Positions 47,926-56,492 of a DNA stretch of 60,689 nt are shown here, one piece after another. How positions within the stretch are numbered: position 1 is the first letter of the stretch; every line of letters starts with the position of its first letter. Source of the DNA: a virus (Duplodnaviria > Caudoviricetes); IMG/VR virus record IMGVR_UViG_3300004173_000066, positions 1 through 60,689 of that record, one strand, 5' to 3'. Under the pieces are notes generated by a model that was given only the letters and a program-made list of their open reading frames with translations, did not search any database and was not told where the DNA came from. Both the position numbers and the translations under genes were made by a program.

Positions 47926-48207
47926 CTACGAGTGCCCGCTCGGCGCTCGCGCAGCCGCGGGCGCGACCACGTCCCGCGCGTCGAGTCGCGCGATCGCCTC
48001 ATCGAGGCCGCTCCAGTCCAGCGCATCGGGGCCGGGGCCCGGTGTCCCCGGACCCTCCGCCCCCGCGCAGCGCAGGTAGTCCGGCAACCGTCCGTCGCGA
48101 CGCAGGCACTCCATCACGACGACCCGCCCGGGCACGTCGGCCCCGGCGGCGATCGGCTCCTCGAGCCCGCGTACGAACAACGGCACTTCGGTCCAGCTCC
48201 AGCCCAT
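47926..48207 (-). CDS. Hypothetical protein
   Basis: GGAG RBS before MGWSWTEV. Confidence 0.45.
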   Translation of the reverse strand: MGWSWTEVPLFVRGLEEPIAAGADVPGRVVVMECLRRDGRLPDYLRCAGAEGPGTPGPGPDALDWSGLDEAIARLDARDVVAPAAARAPSGHS

Positions 48208-48858
48208 ACCCGTCTCCCTGAGCACGTTGGGGCAGCCCCCGCGGCCGTCTCCCCACGGCCCGAGGATGCCTTGGCACAGTGCCGTGCGACCAGGGGGTCT
48301 GGGGGCAATTGCTCCATGATGGGGAGCGCGGGCCGCACCGGCGGGCCCCTCGATGCGCACGTGCTGCGGCTACGGACGAGCTGCTCGCAATTTCTGCGCA
48401 CGGACCCCGAGCGCCCGGCCGGAGAGCCCGCCCGCGTGCTGGCGCGAGACTCGTCAGGATCCCGACACCAGGGAACCAGGCGCGCCGCGAGCAGGCGCGC
48501 CGCGGTGACTTCATGGCGCGAGCGATTGCCGTGTTTCCACACAAACGGACCATCGCCACTGTCCGTTATGATTACAGTTCTGTGCACATTTCGCACAGCC
48601 GGAATCATGAAAGTGACGCCTTGGCGGCAGTCGGATTTATGACAAGTCCGTAATGGCGATATCGGATTACTGACCATGGATTCAGGGCGAATCCTGGCAT
48701 TGAACTTCCATAGGTACGGACGAGCTGCCAGCAGCAGAGGGTGCTGCGGAGCCTCGGCGCCAGCCGACAGACCTTCGTCGCGCCTCACGGAATGGATGGA
48801 TCTCATGCTCACCCAGGCGACCTCCCCGACCTCTCCGGCTCCCCACGCTGGCGCCCGC

Positions 48859-49509
48859 ATGACCGACGAGCTGGCGCGCCACTACCTCGCGCGAGTGCTC
48901 GTGCACGCCCGGCGGCTTGCCCGTCGGCTACCCCCGCACATCGCCCTCAACGACCTCGTCAGCGCGGGCCTGCTCGGCGCGGTCGAGGCCTTCCTCCACT
49001 TCGACCCCGAGCGCGCTGGGTCCCTCGACGCCTTCCTCGATCACCGCATCCGGGGCGCCCTGCTCGACGAGCTCCGCCGGGCCGACCCGCTCACTCGCAC
49101 GCAGCGCCGCTTCACCCAGCAGCTCCGCCGCGTCACGCGGGCCGCCAACGACTCCGACTGCGCGCGTGACGCGTCGATCGCGAAGGCCCTGGGGCTGAGC
49201 CTCGAGGAGTTCCGAGCGCGCGTCTCCGAGATCCATGCCGCGGCGACGGTCCAGGGCACCGACTGCGATGCGTGCGCTTCCACCGAGACGGTCATGCCCG
49301 AGGACGCGGTGGCCGAGAAGCAGGAGCGCAGGCGCGTCGCCACGGCGACCGCGCGCCTCCCGCCGCGCGAGCGCGAGCTGCTGCGGCTGCACTACGAGGA
49401 GGGCAAGATGTTCCGCGAGATTGGCGACCGCTTGGGCGTCTCCGAGTCGCGCGTCTCCCAGCTCCACACCCAGGCCATCCAGAACCTCCGCACGATGCTC
49501 TCGGGCTGA
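48859..49509 (+). CDS. FliA/WhiG (sigma-28) family RNA polymerase sigma factor
   Basis: RLPPHIALNDLVSAGLLG...FDPER...RIRGALLDELR; LPPRERELLRLHYEEGKMFREIGDRLGVSESRVSQLH; start may be somewhat upstream. Confidence 0.92.
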   Translation: MTDELARHYLARVLVHARRLARRLPPHIALNDLVSAGLLGAVEAFLHFDPERAGSLDAFLDHRIRGALLDELRRADPLTRTQRRFTQQLRRVTRAANDSDCARDASIAKALGLSLEEFRARVSEIHAAATVQGTDCDACASTETVMPEDAVAEKQERRRVATATARLPPRERELLRLHYEEGKMFREIGDRLGVSESRVSQLHTQAIQNLRTMLSG

Positions 49510-49547
49510 GCGTCGGGCGTTGGGCGCGAGCGCGGGAGGCGCTGCCC

Positions 49548-49790
49548 CTACGGCGCGGGATCGGTCCCCGAGGGCCTGCTCGAACGCGCCCCGCTCTCGC
49601 CCGCTGCCACGGCGCTCCAGGCGGCGACGGTGACGGTGACCGCGTTGTCACGGTCGAACTTCAACAGCACCGCGATCGCCTCGGTCGGCGTGCAGCCGAC
49701 CTCGAGCGCGAGCTCCTCGATCGTGAGCGCGCGCCGAGCGACCGCGCGGGCCATCGCCTCGAAGAGCTTGCGTCCTCTCGCCCGGTTCAT
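49548..49790 (-). CDS. Small HTH-like protein
   Basis: LTIEELALEVGCTPTEA. Confidence 0.5.
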   Translation of the reverse strand: MNRARGRKLFEAMARAVARRALTIEELALEVGCTPTEAIAVLLKFDRDNAVTVTVAAWSAVAAGESGARSSRPSGTDPAP

Positions 49791-49852
49791 CGCGCCCGAT
49801 CCTCGCACCGCGGCGTGCTGGCACAAAGCGATCGCGACGGGCTCCGGCTCCC

Positions 49853-50557
49853 TCAGTCGAAGAGCATCCTGGTCAACGCCACCGGCCGGATGAGCTCCGG
49901 CCCGTCTCCGACGACCGGCCCCACGGGGTACGCATCCAGGCGCCCCTCGGGGGCGGCCGCGAGTAGCCCGAGCACCTCGTCGAGGGAGCTCTCCGGGTCG
50001 AGCCAGCGGCGGACCCCCGCACGGTCGAGCGTCACCGGCTCGCGACCGTGGATGCGGCCCGTGAACAGCCCCGCCTCGCAGGTGACGATCGCGTGCGTGC
50101 GCAGCTCGCCCGAGGCCGTGGGCGCCGCCTCCCAGAGGCCTGCGGCGAAGAGCTGGCGCCGGTCGCGCGCCGAGAAGTAGGTCGGCTGCTTCACCCCGTG
50201 GCGCTCGGGCCACTCGTACCAGCCGGTGAGGGGCACGACGCAGCGCTGCGCCTGCAGGAGCGGCCCCCAGAGGCGCGAGGCGGTGAGGGCCTCGGCGCGC
50301 GCGTTGAAGGTCTTGTACCGCCGCACGAACCCGCCGGGGTCGTCCGCCGCCGAGCGGGGCACGAGGCCCCAGCGGTGCAGCCGCAGTGCGTGCTCGTCGC
50401 CCTCGCGCAGGAGCACGGGCGCGAGCTCGGTCGGCGCGAGGTTGAAGTGCGGCGACCAGGCGAAGGCAAACCGAGGCGGGATGCGGATGTCCTGCACCTC
50501 CTCGAGGATTCTGCCGAGGTCGTTGTAGCCGACGTCCAGCACCATGCGCCCACACAC
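49853..50557 (-). CDS. SOS response-associated peptidase (SRAP/YedK/HMCES)
   Basis: GTG start gives MCGR; NLAPT, RWGLVP, FNARAE, RCVVPLTGWYEW, AAGLW, IHGREP. Confidence 0.92.
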   Translation of the reverse strand: MCGRMVLDVGYNDLGRILEEVQDIRIPPRFAFAWSPHFNLAPTELAPVLLREGDEHALRLHRWGLVPRSAADDPGGFVRRYKTFNARAEALTASRLWGPLLQAQRCVVPLTGWYEWPERHGVKQPTYFSARDRRQLFAAGLWEAAPTASGELRTHAIVTCEAGLFTGRIHGREPVTLDRAGVRRWLDPESSLDEVLGLLAAAPEGRLDAYPVGPVVGDGPELIRPVALTRMLFD

Positions 50558-50842
50558 CCCAAGAGGGTCTCGCGCTAAAGACGAGCTGGCTAGTCGACGG
50601 GGGCGTTTCTGGGGCATAGCGGGAGTCTCGCGACGGCACGGTCGGGGCAGAGCGGCACGACCGTGCCGTCGTGGGGGAACTCGCCGAGGTCGCGGGGTGC
50701 ACGCTCGCCGAGGGGGTGCACGGGGAGGTGCGCGGCGCCAGCGTGGTTCTGGGCGCGTGGGACGAGGGGTAAGGAGCCGCCGCGGTTCGTCCGAGTCGCC
50801 ACCTCCCCTTGCCAACCTCAAAGTTTGATTTATGGTTCGGCC

Positions 50843-51154
50843 ATGGACGCCCCTGTCACCGCCCGCGCGGCTCTCCTCCAGGTCCTCATCCGGGGGCCGG
50901 GGTACGGCCTCTCCCTCATCGACCGCGTGAAGGACCACACGAAAGGACGACTCTCCCTGAACCAGGGCTCCGTCTACCCCGCGCTGCGCGACATGGAGCG
51001 CGAGGGCCTGGTGGCCAGCTACGAGGGGGAGACCACGCCCGAGCGCGGTGGCCGTCCGCGCATCTACTACCGCATCACGGCCGAGGGGCTCCGCGCCGCC
51101 CGCGAGCAGTCCGAGACGGTGCTGGCGCTCTTCGCGCTGGCGGAGGCGAAGTAG
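50843..51154 (+). CDS. PadR family regulator
   Basis: GYGLSLI...GSVYPALRDMEREGLV...GRPRIYYRITAEG; upstream TTGCCA-16bp-TATGGT with TCAAAGTTTGA palindrome. Confidence 0.92.
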   Translation: MDAPVTARAALLQVLIRGPGYGLSLIDRVKDHTKGRLSLNQGSVYPALRDMEREGLVASYEGETTPERGGRPRIYYRITAEGLRAAREQSETVLALFALAEAK

Positions 51155-51156
51155 CC

Positions 51157-51771
51157 ATGAGCCGAGCAGGTCGCGGTCGGGAGCGTGGACCCTGGGTGTC
51201 GAAGATCGTGCCTGTCGAAGGCTCCGCTGACACGGTGGACGTCAGCGTGGTCAGGCCGGACGGCACGGTCATGGTGATCGAGACGAAGTACTCAGCTGTC
51301 CCCACTTTCGACGCCATGCTCCTCTCCGTCACGAGCGGGGCCGAGTACAAAGCCAGGATGGATCGCTTGGCCGATGATCTGATGGCGGTAGGTTCCGCCC
51401 ATATCATTTGCGACGGTGCGGACCCATCCGCCGTGCCCGATGGCGATTCGCCCCACGAGGACATCGTGTACGACCACGATTCCGACGCGGACGAGATCGT
51501 CCCTTCGGCGCCCAGCGCTCCACCCTCACGCGCGATGCAGCGCGCGATGCGTCGAGCAGCTGGGGCCTTGAGCCTGATGGAGCTGATCCTGCCTACGCGG
51601 CTTTGTCAGGAAGACCTGGGCGACGCGCTCGAGAAGCTGTCGCGCCCGCAAGTCCAGCAGGGGCCCGCGTGGCGGGTGTATCTGGTCGCCATCGCCTCGA
51701 TGTTCTGGCTCGCCATCAGTGGGGTGCGCGAGGTCGCGTCGAGCGTCCTCGGGAAGAAGGCCGGCTCGTAA
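51157..51771 (+). CDS. PadR-associated membrane protein
   Basis: C-terminal EDLGDALE...WRVYLVAIASMFWL; N-terminal D...VIETK. Confidence 0.6.
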   Translation: MSRAGRGRERGPWVSKIVPVEGSADTVDVSVVRPDGTVMVIETKYSAVPTFDAMLLSVTSGAEYKARMDRLADDLMAVGSAHIICDGADPSAVPDGDSPHEDIVYDHDSDADEIVPSAPSAPPSRAMQRAMRRAAGALSLMELILPTRLCQEDLGDALEKLSRPQVQQGPAWRVYLVAIASMFWLAISGVREVASSVLGKKAGS

Positions 51772-51920
51772 CCTGCCCTCCGGAGCCTGGGGCAGCCCGC
51801 GCTCCTACGCAGTATCCATCCTCGAAGGGCCCTGGTAGCGTCGACGCGGGCCGTGACAGGCCTCCGCAGAGCACGTCGCTCGGCGGTCCGCCGCGCTGTG
51901 CGCGCGGCCTGGAGAACGCG

Positions 51921-52547
51921 ATGACGACAAAGAGGGTGATCGTGTTGGGGGTCGACCCGCCTGCGCGGCGGGTCAAGTTGCTCGGGATGCCCGATGCTCT
52001 GCCTACGCCGAAGGCGACCCTGTTCGGGCCCGCCACCGCGCCGGCGGCCCGCCCACTCTCCGCCGTGGTGCGCGAGGTAATGGGCGAGCCGGCGGTTCCG
52101 ACGCGCGACGAGGTGACCGCGCTCGTTCGGGCGCTCGACGCCGAGGTGGCCGAACTCGGCCGTCAGACCGGGCTCACCGCCAGGCTCGACCTGGTGGCTC
52201 GCCACGACCCGAACCCCCGCGACGGGATCGGCCTCCAGCTCGCCGTGGCCCTCGCTGACGTGGCGCGTGTGGTGTGGGCAGGCGAGAGTTGGGTCTCGAT
52301 CGAGGCGCACCGCGGCGTGTGGGGCCTCTACTTCACCCGGGTGCCCCCGCACGAGAGCCACGAGGCCACGACGACCGTGCCGCTGGTCGCCGCGAAGTAT
52401 GAGGTGCGGGAGTGGTTCGTCGGCAATTGCCGGACCTTCGTCGCCGCGTACCTCGCGCGGTGCGAGGCCGAGGTCTTCGGGCCGCGCCGCGCGGCCGCCC
52501 GCGAGGGCGAGAAAGTCCTCGGCATGCTCACCGCACGGCGGCGGTAA
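51921..52547 (+). CDS. Hypothetical protein
   Basis: GGAG RBS; normal codon bias. Confidence 0.6.
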   Translation: MTTKRVIVLGVDPPARRVKLLGMPDALPTPKATLFGPATAPAARPLSAVVREVMGEPAVPTRDEVTALVRALDAEVAELGRQTGLTARLDLVARHDPNPRDGIGLQLAVALADVARVVWAGESWVSIEAHRGVWGLYFTRVPPHESHEATTTVPLVAAKYEVREWFVGNCRTFVAAYLARCEAEVFGPRRAAAREGEKVLGMLTARRR

Positions 52548-52632
52548 CGCTCGAGATTCCCCCTCACTACCAACCGCCGCGCTTCGAGCCAAGCACGCGG
52601 TGGTGGCGGTGGGGATGAGGTGAGGAGACGGG

Positions 52633-53367
52633 CTACCGTCGACGGTAGCCTTCCTCACGGAGCAGTTTTGCCAATTCGAGCATGATAGATCGCATCGCTG
52701 CCAGGGCGGCCGATTCCATCCCTTCGTACTGGAGGTCAGAAAGCTCTGTCGTCCGCTCGCCGTGGGCGACTGCGTGACGTCGTTTGACGAGTTGCGCCAG
52801 CGCCCCTCTGGCTGCCGAGAGCATTTCCGGGTCGCATCCGCAGCGATACAGCAGCCGCTTGAGCAGGATCGGCTCCAGATTGGACTTCGTGTCGAGCGTC
52901 TCGAGCGGCACCTTCAACACGGCGTCGTCGAAGCCCTTCAGCTGGCTCACGAAGGCCGTCTGACGTCCAAGGGTGTGGAGTTCGACGTCGTCGGGCAAGA
53001 GATCCTTGAAGAGGTCAATCTTCCCGTCGGAACGCAAATTCTCAAACTCGGCCGACAGGGAGGCGGCCGCTAGAACGTGCTTCACGTCACCGCGGCGGTG
53101 GCGTCTTTCGTTGATGGCCTGCAGGTAGGTCACGAATGTGTTCTTGCAGAAGCCTTCGAAATGGGCATAGAGCATCACAACCTGCACGCGTCGAAGACTG
53201 TTCAGGCCCGTGAGGTAGGCAGGGTGGCCGGGATGATCGGGGTGAGCGGGACCGTCAGGATCAGTTGGGTCCGCAAGGGCCGCGCGCTGGTTGCCCAGAA
53301 GTCGGATCTCCGCCTCTCGCCAGAGCAGGTCGAGTTCAGCCTGGGCGCGAAACTCCTCCTCGGTCAC
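52633..53367 (-). CDS. HEPN ribonuclease (MAE_28990-like)
   Basis: MLYAHFEGFCK, DTKSNL, LVKRRHAVAHGE (Rx4H). Confidence 0.88.
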   Translation of the reverse strand: MTEEEFRAQAELDLLWREAEIRLLGNQRAALADPTDPDGPAHPDHPGHPAYLTGLNSLRRVQVVMLYAHFEGFCKNTFVTYLQAINERRHRRGDVKHVLAAASLSAEFENLRSDGKIDLFKDLLPDDVELHTLGRQTAFVSQLKGFDDAVLKVPLETLDTKSNLEPILLKRLLYRCGCDPEMLSAARGALAQLVKRRHAVAHGERTTELSDLQYEGMESAALAAMRSIMLELAKLLREEGYRRR

Positions 53368-54638
53368 GAGACAGTCGCCACCCGCTTTGCGACTAGTTCA
53401 AGCCGACGCCTCAGAGGACCAGCATAGTTGAGGCCCCCGCCCACCGTCTCCTTCCTGAACGCTGGCTCCTGCCGCAGGTTGCGCAGCGCCTCCCCGAGCG
53501 CCTGCATTTGCGCAACGTTTGAAGCATCGAGTCGACCGAGGTCCCCCTGAATGCCGACCGTAAAGGCCTCGAAAACCAATACGGAGAAATTCGTATAGAC
53601 CTTGTTCGACTTGTCGACCGCTGCAAACGGCGCATCTCCGAGGGCGGTCGTCAGGATGTCGAAGGTCTTCTCGAAAACCTTCCGCTCTTCCGCTCGGTCG
53701 AAATGCAAAGCGTCCTCGGTGGTGCGGGAGACGCCTTCCATGTACTCGGTGAGAAATTCGCTGAGATCGTGCTTGAAGACGCGTCCCCAGTTCTTGAACG
53801 CGAAAAATCTCAGGACGCACTCTTGGTCGTAACGTCGGCTGATCTTCTCCTTTGATAGGTGCGCGATGCTCTTTCGGTAAGGCGGGTACTCACTCAGGCT
53901 GATGAGGAAGTTGTTGAACTGATCGCTGAGCAGTCGGATGGTGCAATTGCGTACTTCCTGCTCGCTCAGGGTCTCGCCCCCCGTGTTCAGACGTTTGAAC
54001 ATGTGGTACCGGAGTTTCGGGTCGCTGGACTTTCGGATCAATTCGACCCGAACCGACGCGCGTTTCAGCGCGAATCTCACGGGGCTCGGTAGCGTCTCGT
54101 AGGTGTGCCCATTGAGTTCGGGAACGATGTCGCATTCAATAAGCGTGAGCAGAGGCCCTGAGCCGGCCGGCGGGATCTGGAACTCAGCCTCAGCTGTTCC
54201 GACGGTCGGCACGGGAGTGCCGACCTCGACCTCCTCAGAAGTGTCGATCTCCACGGTGGCCTCGGCATCACCCTTGGCGGCGTCGGCCCCACCAGGGGGC
54301 AACCCTACGAACTCTTCGGCCAATGCACCGCGGAAGTGAAAGTAGGAGGAGAGGCGTTGGAGGCCGTCGATCAATTCGAAAACGCCCGTGCTCCGCTCGA
54401 TGGCATAGATCGGCGGGATCGGCATCTCGAGTATCAACGACTCGATGAATCGCGACTGCTTCTCGACGGGCCAGCGGAACAGGCGCTGGAAGTCGGGCGT
54501 GATGACGAGCTCCTTGTTCTCGTACATGTCGAGGAGCTCGTTGAAGGAGAGGTCGAGGGTGCGCGTCTTAACGGTCTTCGACAGCTCGTCGATCAGGGGG
54601 ATCAGGGTCGAGCCGGGTGTGGTGGGGGGCTTTGCCAT
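53364..54638 (-). CDS. DUF262 (GmrS/ParB-like NTPase) protein
   Basis: PDFQRLFRW, SRFIESLIL, IDGLQRLSS, FKRLNTGG. Confidence 0.92.
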   Translation of the reverse strand: MAKPPTTPGSTLIPLIDELSKTVKTRTLDLSFNELLDMYENKELVITPDFQRLFRWPVEKQSRFIESLILEMPIPPIYAIERSTGVFELIDGLQRLSSYFHFRGALAEEFVGLPPGGADAAKGDAEATVEIDTSEEVEVGTPVPTVGTAEAEFQIPPAGSGPLLTLIECDIVPELNGHTYETLPSPVRFALKRASVRVELIRKSSDPKLRYHMFKRLNTGGETLSEQEVRNCTIRLLSDQFNNFLISLSEYPPYRKSIAHLSKEKISRRYDQECVLRFFAFKNWGRVFKHDLSEFLTEYMEGVSRTTEDALHFDRAEERKVFEKTFDILTTALGDAPFAAVDKSNKVYTNFSVLVFEAFTVGIQGDLGRLDASNVAQMQALGEALRNLRQEPAFRKETVGGGLNYAGPLRRRLELVAKRVATVS

Positions 54639-56076
54639 GGTGTTTCCGGAGAAATATCACAGTCTCCCGGGGAAGCATCTTCGTCCGGTAGCGTGCGATG
54701 CCGGGGTGGATGTCGCTCATGGCGTGGGAGGCGTCGAAATGCCGCTCGTGCCAGGGGACCCAGCCCATGTGCTCGGCCATCTCGATCAGGATCCCGCGGA
54801 GGTCGACGTGGACGTCCTTGTAGTACGAGTCCTGCACGACGAGGACCGCGACGCCGCCGTCGATGAGCACGCGGTCGAGTTCCTTCAGAGACTTGGCCAT
54901 GCGGTCGAAGTAGGCCCACTGCACCTTGTGGTAGTAGACCTTCGAGTCCTTCGACGGGTGGGCTCCGATCCGGCGCAACGTGTCGATGCATGTGGCGCCC
55001 CACTCCGGCAGCGGGTCGGAAACCTTCCCACTGACCGTGGGCGTGCCGATCATCGAGTCGCGGAGCTGGCGCACCTCGCTCTCATCGAACCCCAGCAGCG
55101 CGAGTTCGGGCAAGGTCGCGATCGCGTAGTCGATCCGTGTGCAGTAGGGCGGGGACGTCACGATTGCGTCGACACTGCGATCTTCCAAGGGAAGCGACAC
55201 CGACGAGGCCACGCGCAGGTCTGTCGCCGGGGGCGCGTCGCTCGTCGCGTGGGCCTCAGCCGCCGCGAGCAGGTCCGTCGCACACGCCTCGAAGAGCGCG
55301 AGTGCGTGGCCGGCACGGGCGCCCACACGCCTTGTCGGCGGGTCGAGCCGGAACCAGGTGGGGTTCGTCGTCCGGGCCTCGCGCAGTAGCGCACGCAACG
55401 CGTGGAAGAGCGCGACATAGAGCAGCGCATTGGCCGCCGGCATGTCGGCGCACCGCTCGGCCGGCAGCGCCGAACGGCCCTGGACGTCGGCGAGGGTTCG
55501 CTCGATGCGTCGGATCTCCGACGCGGTCTTCGGGCCGAACCAACGACACAGCAGGTCGCCGGCGCGGACCCGCGGTCGGTCGGCCCCCACGAGCTCGAGC
55601 GCACGCCTCATCGTCCGCTTCGCGGCCGCGACATCCGCCGCCGTGGCGAGGCGCGCCCGCGCGATGACCACGGCGGCGGGGTTGATGTCGATGCCAACGG
55701 AGTCGAACCCGTGCCGCGCTGCACCATCCGTCGTGGTCCCGCCCCCGTTCCAGGGGTCGAGAATGGTGGCGCCCTCCTTCAGTCGAAGGCTCGCCAGGAC
55801 GTCGCCGACGAAGCCGCTCGAGAAGCCGGCGTAGTAGCGATAGATCGCGGCGGCGCCCGACTCGTTCGGCTTCGGGTTTCTGATGGACTGCGACTCGATC
55901 GGACCTACGGTACTCACCGCGCCGTCGATCCGCTGCGCGGCGGACTCGTCGGCGGTACGCCGCGTGTCCAGGTCGCTCCGTGTGGGGCTCACGTCGTCGG
56001 GCTGCGGAAGGCTCACGTCTCGCCTATACGACGGTCCGTCGGCCAGCGTCGTCAACCTTCCGTCGCGGAGCTTCAC
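54568..56076 (-). CDS. Amino (N4-C/N6-A) DNA methyltransferase
   Basis: YRYYAGFS, LDPWNGGGTT, GIDINP, TSPPY; start uncertain. Confidence 0.9.
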   Translation of the reverse strand: MKLRDGRLTTLADGPSYRRDVSLPQPDDVSPTRSDLDTRRTADESAAQRIDGAVSTVGPIESQSIRNPKPNESGAAAIYRYYAGFSSGFVGDVLASLRLKEGATILDPWNGGGTTTDGAARHGFDSVGIDINPAAVVIARARLATAADVAAAKRTMRRALELVGADRPRVRAGDLLCRWFGPKTASEIRRIERTLADVQGRSALPAERCADMPAANALLYVALFHALRALLREARTTNPTWFRLDPPTRRVGARAGHALALFEACATDLLAAAEAHATSDAPPATDLRVASSVSLPLEDRSVDAIVTSPPYCTRIDYAIATLPELALLGFDESEVRQLRDSMIGTPTVSGKVSDPLPEWGATCIDTLRRIGAHPSKDSKVYYHKVQWAYFDRMAKSLKELDRVLIDGGVAVLVVQDSYYKDVHVDLRGILIEMAEHMGWVPWHERHFDASHAMSDIHPGIARYRTKMLPRETVIFLRKHHGKAPHHTRLDPDPPDRRAVEDR

Positions 56077-56147
56077 GGCAGCTCGGCCTTCCTGGGACCG
56101 TTCGCCCTGAAGCGCTGCCGCTGCCGCCACTTCACGACTGCGGCGCC

Positions 56148-56492
56148 TCACCGCTCGAACCAAGCCAATAGCGCAGCCTCGACCACGTTCGACTGCTCGC
56201 GCCCTTCGTTCCGGCAGAGGCGTGTGAGCGCCTCGGCCGTGTCCTCGCTGAGGTAGACCGTCATCCGTCGTCGCACCGCGCCGCTCTTCCTCGCCACGAG
56301 CACCTTCGACCCTTGCGGCGCGCGCGGAGCCGATGTTGGGACGTCCCGAGACGTCCCCGGACGTCCGGGCGTCGCGCGCGTACGCCCCTCCTGGATGAAC
56401 CCCTCCACCACCCCCGGGTCGACGGGCGGCGCCGCGGCGAACTGCGACGGGGCGCGCACGGTCGCGGCGGGGCGCTTCGAGCGCGCGCTCAT
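56148..56492 (-). CDS. Ribbon-helix-helix centromere-binding protein (ParG/omega-like)
   Basis: Disordered N-terminus plus RRMTVYLSEDTAEALTRLCRNEGREQSNVVEAALLAW; ATGA overlap with parA. Confidence 0.82.
   Translation of the reverse strand: MSARSKRPAATVRAPSQFAAAPPVDPGVVEGFIQEGRTRATPGRPGTSRDVPTSAPRAPQGSKVLVARKSGAVRRRMTVYLSEDTAEALTRLCRNEGREQSNVVEAALLAWFER
56340..56365. repeat. GACGTC array 5 (inside the RHH gene)
   Basis: GACGTC at 56340, 56350, 56360. Confidence 0.9.
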
